From positions 34,780 through 98,779 of IMG/VR virus record IMGVR_UViG_3300037461_000409: a stretch of 64,000 nucleotides of DNA; one strand, written 5' to 3'. The stretch comes from a virus. The notes below the pieces were generated by a model. That model had not been told where the DNA came from, did no database searches, and saw only the letters and a program-made list of their open reading frames with translations. Position numbers and translations under genes: made by a program. The first letter of the stretch is position 1. Each line of letters opens with the position of its first letter. Shown piece by piece: positions 38,685 to 48,460 of this stretch.

Positions 38685-39707
38685 TCATACCGCCGCCAGC
38701 CGGACGCCCTTGTAGAAGTTTCTGAGCATCGGAAGCCAGGCTTTGATCTCCTTTTCGTACTGAATGATCCGCGCGCCGTATCCGGCATTGGTCGCGGAGC
38801 TCGTGGTGCTGATGGACTGGCTCACGCCATCTAGCGACACGCTCTGGCTGGCGATGCCAGCGCCTGCGATGAGGTCACCCGCGACGTTCAGGGGTCCGCA
38901 CGCAGCCTTCTTCCCGATGAGCTCCCGGAGGTCGAACGGGAGCTTGCCAGCCTCGAACCCCGCAGTGTACTGCACACGGATGGCGTTAGGGATGTAGTCC
39001 CGGCCCTGGGCCAGCAGGGGCAGGAACGTCCCGCCGGCCGTAAACAACACCTGGCTGATTCCGGTCGAGGTCGGGACGATGTTGATGTGCCCACAGTCCT
39101 TGATCAGGCTGATCCACTCGGCAGGGAATACCATCACCTCGGTATTCGCCGGCCACATAAGGGCTACCTGTTCGACCGAGATGACCGGGCTCTGCCGGAG
39201 TTTGATGAACATCCACTCGGAGAAATCCCTTCGGTAATAGTCGTACCGCTCATCCATCGTTGTCGGGCGCAACCGGATGTCCAGCTCGTGCTCCAACCAG
39301 TCGATGGCGAACTTGATCGACCACTCGAACATCACGTCCGGGAATGGCTCCCCGAGATCATTGGTCAGGTCCACGCCGAACAGGTAGATGTCCTTGAGAT
39401 CCTGGACGCTCATGACCAGGCTGTTGAGCTCCATGTCCTCGCCCTGCCGGGGGTCGGACTGCCCGCTCTCTAGCGCGGTGTCGGTGTGGTAGTAGCTGGT
39501 CTTGTACCAGCTGGTCGTTTGGCCCGCGGCATCGTCGAACAGGTAGAGCGTGATCCCCTGTTGCAAGCGGATGCGACTGTCCTCGTCGGTGATCTCCGAG
39601 TAGGTGCCGCTGATGCCGTCGTCCGCGCGGTAGACCTTGATCCGATTGAACAGCGTGAGCACGTTCTCCAACTCGGCGACGCTGATCTTGAGCTTGATCG
39701 CGGCCAT
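38685..39707 (-). CDS. Head-tail adaptor/neck protein
   Basis: YLFGVDL, LEHELDI, VQYTAGF, GAGIASQSVSLDGVSQSISTTSSA..YGARI. Confidence 0.82.
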   Translation of the reverse strand: MAAIKLKISVAELENVLTLFNRIKVYRADDGISGTYSEITDEDSRIRLQQGITLYLFDDAAGQTTSWYKTSYYHTDTALESGQSDPRQGEDMELNSLVMSVQDLKDIYLFGVDLTNDLGEPFPDVMFEWSIKFAIDWLEHELDIRLRPTTMDERYDYYRRDFSEWMFIKLRQSPVISVEQVALMWPANTEVMVFPAEWISLIKDCGHINIVPTSTGISQVLFTAGGTFLPLLAQGRDYIPNAIRVQYTAGFEAGKLPFDLRELIGKKAACGPLNVAGDLIAGAGIASQSVSLDGVSQSISTTSSATNAGYGARIIQYEKEIKAWLPMLRNFYKGVRLAAV

Positions 39708-40163
39708 CTATTCGTCCTCCTGCTTCTTGGTGTCGACGATCAAGGGCCGCAGATCCTCGGTCTGCTTGGCGGCCGGTTTGGGCGCCTGTTGCGTGTCCGT
39801 GACGCTGGGACGCAAGTCCTTGCCCTTAGCCAGGCTGGGACGCGGTCCCTTGCGCGCGCTCACCCGCGGCCGGGGCCCGGCAGAGGTTTCGGTCAGCTCG
39901 GGCTTGAGCACGCGCGAACGAGCGCTGGGCCTGCGCGGCTTCTCCGCGCCGTCCGTGACCGCCGGTCGCAACACCTTGGCTCGGACGCCAGACCGCCGCG
40001 GAGACTCGCTGCCATCCACCAGCTGCGGTCGTAACTCGACCGTCTCACGTATCACCGGCTCCAGCGGCTTGTCCGGCCAGACCGCGGGCATACCACCACC
40101 CCATCCCCAGGTCGTGATCGCCCCGGCCCCGTGTCCCAAAGTGACGATAGCTCCCAGGGTCAT
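39708..40163 (-). CDS. Hypothetical structural protein with (L)RP repeats
   Basis: About 8 imperfect LRP.V repeats. Confidence 0.6.
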   Translation of the reverse strand: MTLGAIVTLGHGAGAITTWGWGGGMPAVWPDKPLEPVIRETVELRPQLVDGSESPRRSGVRAKVLRPAVTDGAEKPRRPSARSRVLKPELTETSAGPRPRVSARKGPRPSLAKGKDLRPSVTDTQQAPKPAAKQTEDLRPLIVDTKKQEDE

Positions 40164-40771
40164 GCGGGCCTCCTGCGAGCGGGCGTGAAGCCAGCGATCC
40201 GGATGCCCTGGCCGTCCTTGTCTTGCACGTCCCAGGTGAGCAGCGGCGTAACGCTGTCGTCGTCGTAGAGCACCCAGTTGGAGGCTGCGCCCTCAGTGAG
40301 CTCTAGACGGTTCTGCATGATCTTTCTGGCGAGCGTGGCCTGGTCGGAGATGCTGGGGATCAAGTCCAGGCTGGCAGCCCTGGCCGCTGTCAGACGCGCT
40401 TCCAGCGTCGCGACCACGGCCGCGAGCGACCCAGGAACCCCCGAGTGGTCGGCAACTACCTCCCGAAGCACCGCATCCGCGATGGGGCCAGTCAGCCCGT
40501 TGATGGACCGCCAACTTTCCATGCCAATCCCATAGGCCGGGTCCTCGACAGTCCGCGCGGCATCCAAGAACACCCTGTACGTCACGGAGTAGATGTCAGA
40601 CGCCGCCGGGATCCAGCTGCCCTCGTACAGGCCGTCGATCACATGCGCCAGGTCGACTTCCGATTCGAGAGACCCCAGACGATAGGCCGATGCCCTTGGA
40701 TAGCGGTTGGACAGCCCATCCTCCAGCTGCAAACTGAGCCTGGCGATCTCGCCCGCGGCGTACAGATTCAT
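40160..40771 (-). CDS. Hypothetical virion protein
   Basis: Start overlaps the upstream stop; LYDDDSVTPLLTWD C-terminal motif. Confidence 0.65.
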   Translation of the reverse strand: MNLYAAGEIARLSLQLEDGLSNRYPRASAYRLGSLESEVDLAHVIDGLYEGSWIPAASDIYSVTYRVFLDAARTVEDPAYGIGMESWRSINGLTGPIADAVLREVVADHSGVPGSLAAVVATLEARLTAARAASLDLIPSISDQATLARKIMQNRLELTEGAASNWVLYDDDSVTPLLTWDVQDKDGQGIRIAGFTPARRRPA

Positions 40772-41904
40772 CAGTACGGCACTCCCACGAACCGCAGCGG
40801 CATGGCGCTCCCCCCCGTGGGCATCCACTGGACCCACACCGTGAAGCTGCTTCCCGGGTCGTACTTGCCAGAAACCGCGCCCTTGGTGTTGTCCCCGGTC
40901 GATGCCGATCCGTCCGGGATCAGGATCTTGCCGCCGGAGGTAATGCCAGCCACAGCCCACTGGGCACCTCCCCACTGGCCGCCTCGGGGGTTGAGCAGGA
41001 ACCCCAGCTTCTTGCTGTCGCTGGCCTTGGTGTTCAAGTGCATCTTGTAGAGCACCCCGTAGTTGCCGGTCAGCGTCTGCGACGAGCTGTCGGTGGCGTC
41101 CACACCGACGGCGTTGGTGTCGTTTGTCGAGCCGGCTGCCACTGGCAACTGTTGCACCCCGTCGGCTGTGTCGATCTGGATTCCGCTGGCCGTGTCGTAG
41201 ACCTTGTCGGCATACGGGAACGTCCCCCGCTGGTGTGAGTCTCTGGAGAGCACTGACAGGCCCGGGCAGACGGAGACCGGATCGTCGTTGCGGTCCAGCG
41301 CGCAGACCGTGATCTGGTGGGTCTGGGTGAAACTGTAGTCGTAGATTCCGTGCATCAGATACGCGGGCGAGGCCAGTGTCTCGATAGCGGTCGTCAACCT
41401 CACGGTCTGCCCGGCCGTGACCGTGACCGGAGTCTCCGCGGTCGACTGCAGCCAACGCTGGAACGCCAGCTTGCCCGCGTAAAGGTAACTCGTACTCGGC
41501 CCGGCGGTCCCTGTCTTCTGCACAGTCAAGGTACCCGACGATCCACTGGTGTTCTTCAGCAGCACCGCGAACTTCATCTTGGTCGACCCGCTGTAGCCGT
41601 TGACGTGGTAGACGAAGACGCGGTTGTAGGTTGTCCCGCTTGTGTAGGACAGCCCGGTGTCCTCGTAGAGCTTGCCCCGCTGGGTCGGCGTCTCGGGCGA
41701 ATCGGCGAAAATCAACTTCCCGCCGGTCCATGTTTCTCCCATGCTGATCTCAGGGCAGTTGAGCGGGTTGACCCCACTGAGCGAGATCACCGCGGCCTGC
41801 GAGGCAGCGTTCAGGTCGGTTGCCAACTGTGATGGTGTCGGACACGTCTGCGCATGCGAGAGAGACGATGCAAGCAGGACCAGCGACAGCAGAAAGACTC
41901 TCAT
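40771..41904 (-). CDS. Secreted beta-rich protein with Sec signal peptide
   Basis: MRVFLLSLVLLASSLSHA signal; IFADSPE...LYED...RVFVYHVN...GNYGVLY...NPRGG. Confidence 0.7.
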   Translation of the reverse strand: MRVFLLSLVLLASSLSHAQTCPTPSQLATDLNAASQAAVISLSGVNPLNCPEISMGETWTGGKLIFADSPETPTQRGKLYEDTGLSYTSGTTYNRVFVYHVNGYSGSTKMKFAVLLKNTSGSSGTLTVQKTGTAGPSTSYLYAGKLAFQRWLQSTAETPVTVTAGQTVRLTTAIETLASPAYLMHGIYDYSFTQTHQITVCALDRNDDPVSVCPGLSVLSRDSHQRGTFPYADKVYDTASGIQIDTADGVQQLPVAAGSTNDTNAVGVDATDSSSQTLTGNYGVLYKMHLNTKASDSKKLGFLLNPRGGQWGGAQWAVAGITSGGKILIPDGSASTGDNTKGAVSGKYDPGSSFTVWVQWMPTGGSAMPLRFVGVPY

Positions 41905-41915
41905 GATCGGTTCTC

Positions 41916-42629
41916 CTATTCTTCCCAGATGCGAAGTTCGCCACGAATCACAGTGGACGTGGCTTGGTTGGGCACGACGGTGATTCTGATGTACGCCTTC
42001 TCCGAGTAGGGCACCCCCAGCAGTTTCTTGTCGAACTCCAGGTGGCCCGGCGGTGTGGCGATGCCCATGAGGTTGTGGAGGTCCCAGTGCTCGTCGACCA
42101 GGTTCAACCCGTAGGTAGACCGACCCAGGAGCTTGAACTTCACTTCATCGTCCACGCACGCCCACCAGCTGTGCACATACCCAGACTTTCCAGCTGGCAC
42201 GTAGTGGTGGCACAGGAAAGCGTCATAGGTGCCGACGCCGATCCCGCAGAACTCCGCGGCCTCACCGCCCGTACCGTTTAGCAGCTTGATCGCTCCCACA
42301 GCCGCAGCACCTTCGATCACATGGAACTTCTCCACGAAGCGAATGTCGCTGTTCGCGGTATTGACCTTGCTCGTGCCGTTCAGCGTCACGTCCTCGGACT
42401 TGAGAACGTAGTTGCTGGTCAGGTACACGATCCTGACCTTCTTGGCTCCGCTCCCGCCGGCAGCGTCCTGGGCAGACGTGGATTGGACAGATCGCTGGGC
42501 CTCACTGCTCTGCTCGACGTAGGCCCTGGCCGCCAGTAGCACCTCTGACCCAGACGCGGCTGTGAGATTGCCGAACCGGCGCAGCATCCGTGGGTCGCAG
42601 AACGCGAGGTTGAACGAGTTGACTGGCAT
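41916..42629 (-). CDS. Putative virion decoration protein
   Basis: STSAQD...GAKKVRI...SEDVTLNGT motif; beta-rich. Confidence 0.6.
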   Translation of the reverse strand: MPVNSFNLAFCDPRMLRRFGNLTAASGSEVLLAARAYVEQSSEAQRSVQSTSAQDAAGGSGAKKVRIVYLTSNYVLKSEDVTLNGTSKVNTANSDIRFVEKFHVIEGAAAVGAIKLLNGTGGEAAEFCGIGVGTYDAFLCHHYVPAGKSGYVHSWWACVDDEVKFKLLGRSTYGLNLVDEHWDLHNLMGIATPPGHLEFDKKLLGVPYSEKAYIRITVVPNQATSTVIRGELRIWEE

Positions 42630-42630
42630 G

Positions 42631-43731
42631 TCACACCACGTACCCGCGAATCACGGCGAACACCTCCTGTGCCGCACCTGAAAGACGATGGCGCAGCAGC
42701 CGGATCTTCTTCGTCGAGCCGTCACCCAGCATAGTGGTCCCGTCTATGGACTTGCTCGTGTCAGGCAGCGTCTCAAACACGCTCGATCCAGCGATGTAGA
42801 CCCGTTCCACATATCGCATGGTGCCGTTGTCGTTGAAGATCACGTCAATGCGAGACCCCCTCTCGGATGGGTCTCCCTCGGCTCCACAGGAGATGTTCTG
42901 CAGGTGGAAGATCTTGCCATCTGGAATGGTGTACTCGTCGTAGTCGTCACTGGTGATCGACAGCGGGTCATCCGAGGCGAGCACCACCTCAGTCGAAGCT
43001 CCGGGCGGCTTGGGTGGAGCGGCAGCCACCCTGAGCACTCCGTCCTCTTCGACCAGTAGGAAGTGAGCGTCGCCCTCGGCGCAGGACCCCATTGCAAGCA
43101 ACCCGCGGGTGTTCGCCGGAATGCTTGTAGAGTCGGCGCAAGCTAGTTCAACCGCGTTCACTCCGTCGACCAGCTTGGATGGCCAGGCCGAGGCATTGGC
43201 CGCGGCCGTTCCCTGCGCGATTTTTCCCACTTCGTTCGTGCCGGCGGGTAGTGGGTCGGTGATCTTCTTAACCCCGTCCGTGCTCTTGATCGCGGCCAGC
43301 GTGGTTTCACTGGCCCTGGTAGAAAGGGCCACGTCCAGCTGCGCCAGCACCGCAGCCAGCGTGGTCTGCGTCGCGAAGTCCTTGCCCGCAAGCGTCGCCA
43401 GGTTCCCGCCAGACTCAGCCGCACGAGTGGACAGGGCCACGTCCAACTTGGCCAGGATCGCCGCCAGGGTCGTCTGAGTCGCGGGGTCGCTCGACAGCTT
43501 GGCCAGAACCGCGGCCAAAGTCGTCTGGGTAGAGAAGTCCTTTCCCGCCAGAGTGGCGAGGTTCCCTGACTCCTGAGCCGCCCCAGCCGGTAGCGGCAAC
43601 GTCGAGGCCGAGACGGGCTGCGTCGTCGCCCCCGTCGGGTCGGTGCGGAACGGCTTGGAGCTGGTGCCCTTCTCCTCGTACCCGCCTACGCCATCCGAGC
43701 CGTAGATGATCGATACCGGCGAGTCGCTCAT
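42631..43731 (-). CDS. Putative fibre/whisker protein with coiled-coil repeats
   Basis: Repeated (A/S)TQTTLAA(V/I)LA.LDVALSTRA units. Confidence 0.65.
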   Translation of the reverse strand: MSDSPVSIIYGSDGVGGYEEKGTSSKPFRTDPTGATTQPVSASTLPLPAGAAQESGNLATLAGKDFSTQTTLAAVLAKLSSDPATQTTLAAILAKLDVALSTRAAESGGNLATLAGKDFATQTTLAAVLAQLDVALSTRASETTLAAIKSTDGVKKITDPLPAGTNEVGKIAQGTAAANASAWPSKLVDGVNAVELACADSTSIPANTRGLLAMGSCAEGDAHFLLVEEDGVLRVAAAPPKPPGASTEVVLASDDPLSITSDDYDEYTIPDGKIFHLQNISCGAEGDPSERGSRIDVIFNDNGTMRYVERVYIAGSSVFETLPDTSKSIDGTTMLGDGSTKKIRLLRHRLSGAAQEVFAVIRGYVV

Positions 43732-44297
43732 GACACGGTCCTTGTTCTGCTGGTCTCGAACGCACCGCTGTAGGTGATGCTGTCTGTCACGGTCGCGACC
43801 AGTGCTCCAGCCACATCGTAGACCTTCCAGACGACCGTAGTCGGAAAGGCTCCAGTCCAGGTGATCAACTTCTCGACGATCTTCTTCAGCTTAGAGCTCG
43901 ACTCCCACCAGACGATGGCGGTGGGAAAGACGGTTCCGGTCACCTCCCGATAGGATCCGCTGTCGAACCCCTCGGCCGGACCTTCATCGATGAAGTGGAT
44001 CAGCTGCCGCAGCACCTTGTGCCCATCGGCCGTCAAGCCAGACCCGCCGGTAGCCAGGTCTTGCAGGGTGTGCGGCCCGGTGGTCTGGTCCTGGAACTTC
44101 CAGTCCGACCCGTCCCGCCAGATCAGAACATCCTCGTCAGCCGGCCCGCCGGCTGGTTGCCCGTAAAGCCCCCGACCAGACAAGGCATCCTCGGTCTCGT
44201 CGATGCCGGTGGGGTAGGCGTCTTCCTGCGTGCCACCGTGGGAAGGGTCCTCCCACTTGACAGCCTGCACGCGGTCGAGGTTGGGGGGTGGCGCCAC
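43728..44297 (-). CDS. Hypothetical virion protein
   Basis: GTG start overlapping TAG; H..LRQLIHFIDEGP; C-terminal Y..FETSRTRT. Confidence 0.6.
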   Translation of the reverse strand: MAPPPNLDRVQAVKWEDPSHGGTQEDAYPTGIDETEDALSGRGLYGQPAGGPADEDVLIWRDGSDWKFQDQTTGPHTLQDLATGGSGLTADGHKVLRQLIHFIDEGPAEGFDSGSYREVTGTVFPTAIVWWESSSKLKKIVEKLITWTGAFPTTVVWKVYDVAGALVATVTDSITYSGAFETSRTRTVS

Positions 44298-44512
44298 TAC
44301 GCCTCCAACCGGGCCAGGACGATGGTGGGCTTCCCGTCTACCACCACAGCCTGTGGAACCATGGCCGCCCACTTAGAAGCCTGGGCGGCCGAGGTGAAGT
44401 GCGCAGCCAGGTAAGTGCGCCTGGATTTGCACCGGACTGCACCGGAGACGGCAGCCGACCGGCGAAGGTCAGCCACCGTCTCCGGTGCCTTGGCTTTGGT
44501 CCGGCGGGCCAT
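44297..44512 (-). CDS. Small basic protein (paralog of upstream ORF)
   Basis: YLAAHFTSAAQASKW...IVLA. Confidence 0.55.
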   Translation of the reverse strand: MARRTKAKAPETVADLRRSAAVSGAVRCKSRRTYLAAHFTSAAQASKWAAMVPQAVVVDGKPTIVLARLEA

Positions 44513-44513
44513 G

Positions 44514-44759
44514 CTAGGTCGCCGTGGCCAGCACGATGTGCTTGTCAGACACGGGGATGTCCGTTCGGTACCCAAGCGCCTCCACGTCATGCTTCCACTG
44601 CTGGGCCTGGCCGTGCGTGGTGAAGTGACCCACCACGTACCCGGACCGGTCCTTGGTGCGCGTGCAGCCGGTCGCCACCTGCGCGCTGCCTCGGACCAAG
44701 ATGCGGGTAGCCCGGTCAGCGAACCTCTTGGGAGTGATCTTGATGTCAGGCTTTGCCAT
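44514..44759 (-). CDS. Small basic protein
   Basis: YVVGHFTTHGQAQQW...IVLA. Confidence 0.6.
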   Translation of the reverse strand: MAKPDIKITPKRFADRATRILVRGSAQVATGCTRTKDRSGYVVGHFTTHGQAQQWKHDVEALGYRTDIPVSDKHIVLATAT

Positions 44760-44766
44760 GGCTCAC

Positions 44767-46506
44767 CTACGCTGCTTTCTTCCCGTAGTCCTTGATGTCG
44801 ACCATCAGGTCGGTGTCGCCGATGGCGTAGCCGATCAGGATCACGCGCTTGCCTGCCGCCGGCAGGCCCGTTCCGATGCCACCTCCGTCCTGGAGGTAGT
44901 ACGGGGTGTTCGCCGTGGCGCTCGACAGAACACCATCGCACCGGCCGCAGGTGACCACTTGCACCGCCTGCGGCGCAGCCCCCGAGCCACTGCGGATGAT
45001 GCCGAGAACCCTGGCCTTGGTGTCGGTCGTGTCGGCCTTGCCGATGGTCTCGTCGCCGTTGGCGTACACCGGGTCGGCCACGGCCACCGTGTCGGTCGCG
45101 GTGGTCAGGGTGTTCTCGACGCGCTTGGCCTCGGCCGTCTCGGCCGCTTGGATCTGGCCAGAGCCGTTGAAGGTGATGGTCGTGCCGTCGACCTTGACCT
45201 GCACGCCATCGCCGTCCACCGCCACGCCCTTGTTCCCGTTCGGCTTGACCTGCAGGTCTCCGGACCCGTCGTACTGCAGGCCGGGGTTGCTGGCCGCGAT
45301 GTCCACACCGAAGCCGCTGGCGCCGACGCTCATGGCCTTGGACGAATCGGCCACGCCAGCCAGCCCGTTACCGCCGACCGTCAATCCCTTGCTGGCCTCG
45401 ATCTTGACGGCCAGCTCCTTGGGCGTCCCGGTGGCGAACTGCAAGCCACCCGAGGTCGACAGTTTCAGCCGCAGGATGCCGGTAGCGAGGTACAGCGCGT
45501 AGTCCTCGTCAGCCGTCATCTTGCCCTTGGTCCCACCGCCAGCGGCCGAGGTCGCGTCCGGGATCGAGCCGGTGCCGCTGAACTGCTGCCAGACATCGGT
45601 GTCGGCGTCCCAGCCCCAGATCTCGTCCTCGCCCAGGAAGTAGTGCAGCTCGCCGTCTACCAGGGCCGCGGCCTGAGCCCGGTAGCCGAAGCGGCCGGCC
45701 GCTGGGTCCGAAGACGGCAGGTCCACCGCGGTGATGCCGGTGTAGTCGTTTGCCACGGTCGGGGTAGCACCGCTGGCGTACTGCACGACCTTCGAGTTTG
45801 TCTGCGTTCCCCACACGCCGTAGATGCGGCTGGCGCTGGCCCCCGAGGCGGTCGTCCGCTCGACCACCACGATCACGCCGTCGGCGTTGATGCGGTCCTG
45901 ATCGGCCGGCTCCCAGAAGAGGTCCCACTGGGTGTTGCCCGTGTCGGCCATGGCGCGCGTCACCAGGCGCTGCATGGCGGTCACGGCGTCGGACTCGATG
46001 GACACATCGGTGTCGGCCGACTCTGCCCCCTGGTTCGCGACGAAGGTGTAGGTCCTGGTGAGTGTCCCGTTCTTGAAGATCACGGTGTCGGTGGCGACGG
46101 GCTGGGCTGCGAAGAACAGCACCTCCGCGGCCTTGATGCCCAGGGAGTCCGACTTCTGGTCGGTGGTCAGCAGGGCCGCCTTGAACTGGCCGCCGGTGAC
46201 CACCATGGTGTCGACGTAGCTCTTGCTGGCTGCGTCCCCCGCAGCGCTCGGAGCCCCCAGCCCGGTGATCTTGTTGTCGCCCATGGTGAGGTTGCCGGTC
46301 AGGGCCAGCCCCGCCAGGCTGCCTCCCGACTGTCCATACGCCAGAGCGTCTCCCGAGCCGGTCGCCGCTCCCATGCCGGTGACCTTGTTGGTCCCCATGG
46401 CGATGTTGCCGCCCATGGTGAGTCCACCCAGGGTCATACTGTCGCCGGTGGCCATCTCCTCGCTGAAACCCTCGGTCCCCATGAACAACGGTTTGCGAGC
46501 TGCCAT
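44767..46506 (-). CDS. Head/collar fibre protein
   Basis: MG.NK(V/I)TG...DAASKSYVD and L.VK beta-spiral-like repeats; C-terminal capsid-cement-like domain. Confidence 0.7.
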   Translation of the reverse strand: MAARKPLFMGTEGFSEEMATGDSMTLGGLTMGGNIAMGTNKVTGMGAATGSGDALAYGQSGGSLAGLALTGNLTMGDNKITGLGAPSAAGDAASKSYVDTMVVTGGQFKAALLTTDQKSDSLGIKAAEVLFFAAQPVATDTVIFKNGTLTRTYTFVANQGAESADTDVSIESDAVTAMQRLVTRAMADTGNTQWDLFWEPADQDRINADGVIVVVERTTASGASASRIYGVWGTQTNSKVVQYASGATPTVANDYTGITAVDLPSSDPAAGRFGYRAQAAALVDGELHYFLGEDEIWGWDADTDVWQQFSGTGSIPDATSAAGGGTKGKMTADEDYALYLATGILRLKLSTSGGLQFATGTPKELAVKIEASKGLTVGGNGLAGVADSSKAMSVGASGFGVDIAASNPGLQYDGSGDLQVKPNGNKGVAVDGDGVQVKVDGTTITFNGSGQIQAAETAEAKRVENTLTTATDTVAVADPVYANGDETIGKADTTDTKARVLGIIRSGSGAAPQAVQVVTCGRCDGVLSSATANTPYYLQDGGGIGTGLPAAGKRVILIGYAIGDTDLMVDIKDYGKKAA

Positions 46507-46568
46507 TTTCGTGTCCCCTTCCGAAGTCCAGAAAGCCGAGGTGCTACGCCGACACCATGCCGGACGAG

Positions 46569-46988
46569 CTACTCGGTCGTTTCCTTGGTGAGATCCCGCA
46601 GAATGCCAGTGTCGGGATCGTAGGCCATCTTCGTGGCGTCAAGTCCGTACTTTTGCGCCACCTCTTGGATCGTGCTCTCCTGCTCCTTCTTCTTCACGCT
46701 GAAAGCAGAGATCAGCTGCGCCCGATGGGCGGCACGGGCCTGCATCGCGTCCGCGTGCTCCCTGGCCAGCTGGTTGGTCTCCAGGTCATGGATGCGAATC
46801 GCCTGTGCGAGGTTGGCCAGCTCGGCTTCGACCTTGCCGACGTTCAGCCGCTCCAGCGGCTCCATCTTCAGCACCTCGTCGACCGGATAGATGATCGGTA
46901 CGGGAGCTCGGAAGTGCTCCCGGCACACGTCCATCCCCTCTTGCTGTTGCCGTCGGCAACCCTTCACGCCGCATCGCTTGCGTTTCAT
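46569..46988 (-). CDS. Hypothetical coiled-coil protein with N-terminal C..GC...C..H motif
   Basis: AGGAG SD; MKRKRCGVKGC...CREH. Confidence 0.6.
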   Translation of the reverse strand: MKRKRCGVKGCRRQQQEGMDVCREHFRAPVPIIYPVDEVLKMEPLERLNVGKVEAELANLAQAIRIHDLETNQLAREHADAMQARAAHRAQLISAFSVKKKEQESTIQEVAQKYGLDATKMAYDPDTGILRDLTKETTE

Positions 46989-47001
46989 CGTTCCCGCTCT
47001 C

Positions 47002-47418
47002 CTATGAAGCCTGCAGAACAACAGGCTGATCAATCCGAAGCAAAAGCGCATCCGTCGCCAATGCCACACCGGCAGCCTGCAGCCACCTCTTCCCGGACAG
47101 TGGCCTCCCGGGTGGAGAATGCGTCAGACGCGCTCCAGATCCAGATCCAAGAAACAGATGATGTCCCGGAGTCAAACCGGAATAGACAGAGGTAGCCTCA
47201 CCGTCGAGCAACACCGTCCCGAGGGTGGAAGTCGACTTCTGCAGTATCATGCCCACGGGTCGCCGGTTCGGGAAGTCTATGTGGCACAGGTCGACCAGAT
47301 ACAACCCCCCGGGGGTCTTGTCCCCGGCGACGTAGACCATGTCGCCGACCAGCGCTCCCGCCGGGCATTCGACAACCAGAGTGCGACTTCCCCCGGATCG
47401 TCGTAGCGTGACCCCCAT
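47002..47418 (-). CDS. Capsid cement/decoration-like protein
   Basis: VGDMVYV...GL.PG..LFL...GVAL; similar to the C-terminal domain of the 44767-46506 protein. Confidence 0.55.
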   Translation of the reverse strand: MGVTLRRSGGSRTLVVECPAGALVGDMVYVAGDKTPGGLYLVDLCHIDFPNRRPVGMILQKSTSTLGTVLLDGEATSVYSGLTPGHHLFLGSGSGARLTHSPPGRPLSGKRWLQAAGVALATDALLLRIDQPVVLQAS

Positions 47419-47454
47419 GGATACCTCTCGTGTCCATGGCCCAAAGCTGCGTCG

Positions 47455-47754
47455 TTACCCGCGGCGAATGAAGGCCAGGGCTTCCCATGTTGTCGTGCTC
47501 ACCGTGGCCTTTACCCAGATGGTCGCCGACTCTGCCGGCCATGGGCCCACGGTGACCCCGTTTCCAACCGTCCACCCAACTCCCGCGTCGGCGTCCTCTT
47601 TCGAGAGTGCCAACAGCAATGGATTCGCACCGGTGTTCTTGAACACCAGCGAATTGCAGGGTCCGTCTGGGAACTCGAACCTGCTCCAGGCCGTGGCGTC
47701 GGCCCCGCCCGCCAGAAACCGCGGGATCCCTCCGCGGATGTACATGGCGCTCAT
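47455..47754 (-). CDS. Hypothetical virion protein
   Basis: Beta-rich 99 aa downstream of capsid. Confidence 0.6.
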   Translation of the reverse strand: MSAMYIRGGIPRFLAGGADATAWSRFEFPDGPCNSLVFKNTGANPLLLALSKEDADAGVGWTVGNGVTVGPWPAESATIWVKATVSTTTWEALAFIRRG

Positions 47755-47757
47755 GGT

Positions 47758-48060
47758 CTACTCCGTCGCCTGGACACCCTGAACCAGGACGTGAACGATC
47801 TCGGCGGCCACCCCGTGGAGCAGATCGAATCCCGCCTCGGTGATGCTGGACTCGTCGACATGGACCACCGACGCGGTTTCGCCCCCGACCAAGATGCGGT
47901 AGTTGGCATCGGCCATCGGGAGCAGCCCCTGGTCTTTGAAGAGGATCGAATGCGGGGCCGACCCCGCGAGGGTCACTTTGAAGGACAGGATCTTCTCTCC
48001 CGCGACCGTATCGGCGTCGAGCTGCTCGATGTCGCGGTGGGTCACACGTTCTACGCTCAT
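47758..48060 (-). CDS. Hypothetical virion protein
   Basis: ATGA-coupled 100 aa. Confidence 0.6.
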   Translation of the reverse strand: MSVERVTHRDIEQLDADTVAGEKILSFKVTLAGSAPHSILFKDQGLLPMADANYRILVGGETASVVHVDESSITEAGFDLLHGVAAEIVHVLVQGVQATE

Positions 48061-48383
48061 TTCCGCTTCTCCTCCTCGGCCTCAACGGCCGCGGCGATCT
48101 TGTTGGTCGACAACCGACGGTCGAGCTTGATTCCAAGCGTCTCGGCCCGGGCGAGCAGGCGCTCGCGCTCGACATCCGGCGCAGCCGGAGCGGGGGTGGG
48201 GGCGGGAGGCGGCCGAACGGCTTGCTTCACCTGCACCCAACCAGAGCCCTGGAGCATCATCGCCGCGTGCTCGTCGGACACGTCCACCTGCCCGATCTCG
48301 TCGATCACGTAGCGCGCGCCGCCGACCAGAATCAGACCCGGGTCGTTTGCCCCGCGCCGTCGGACTCGATGCTGGACTCGCAT
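48057..48383 (-). CDS. Hypothetical protein with C-terminal HeH/LEM-like helix pair
   Basis: L.ARAE.LGIKLDRR.S..KI; GGGAGG SD. Confidence 0.65.
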   Translation of the reverse strand: MRVQHRVRRRGANDPGLILVGGARYVIDEIGQVDVSDEHAAMMLQGSGWVQVKQAVRPPPAPTPAPAAPDVERERLLARAETLGIKLDRRLSTNKIAAAVEAEEEKRK

Positions 48384-48395
48384 GCTACCTCCCTT

Positions 48396-48441
48396 GGCTA
48401 TCGGGGGGCCCGGGCCAACCGCCCAGGCCCCCCCACTAGCC
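48396..48441 (-). promoter_or_regulatory. Strong GC stem-loop downstream of major capsid gene
   Basis: About 13-bp stem GGGGGGCCCGGGC/GCCCAGGCCCCCC, no U-tract; probable mRNA stabiliser or pause site. Confidence 0.55.
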
Positions 48442-48460
48442 TACGTTCATCCGGTCACGG

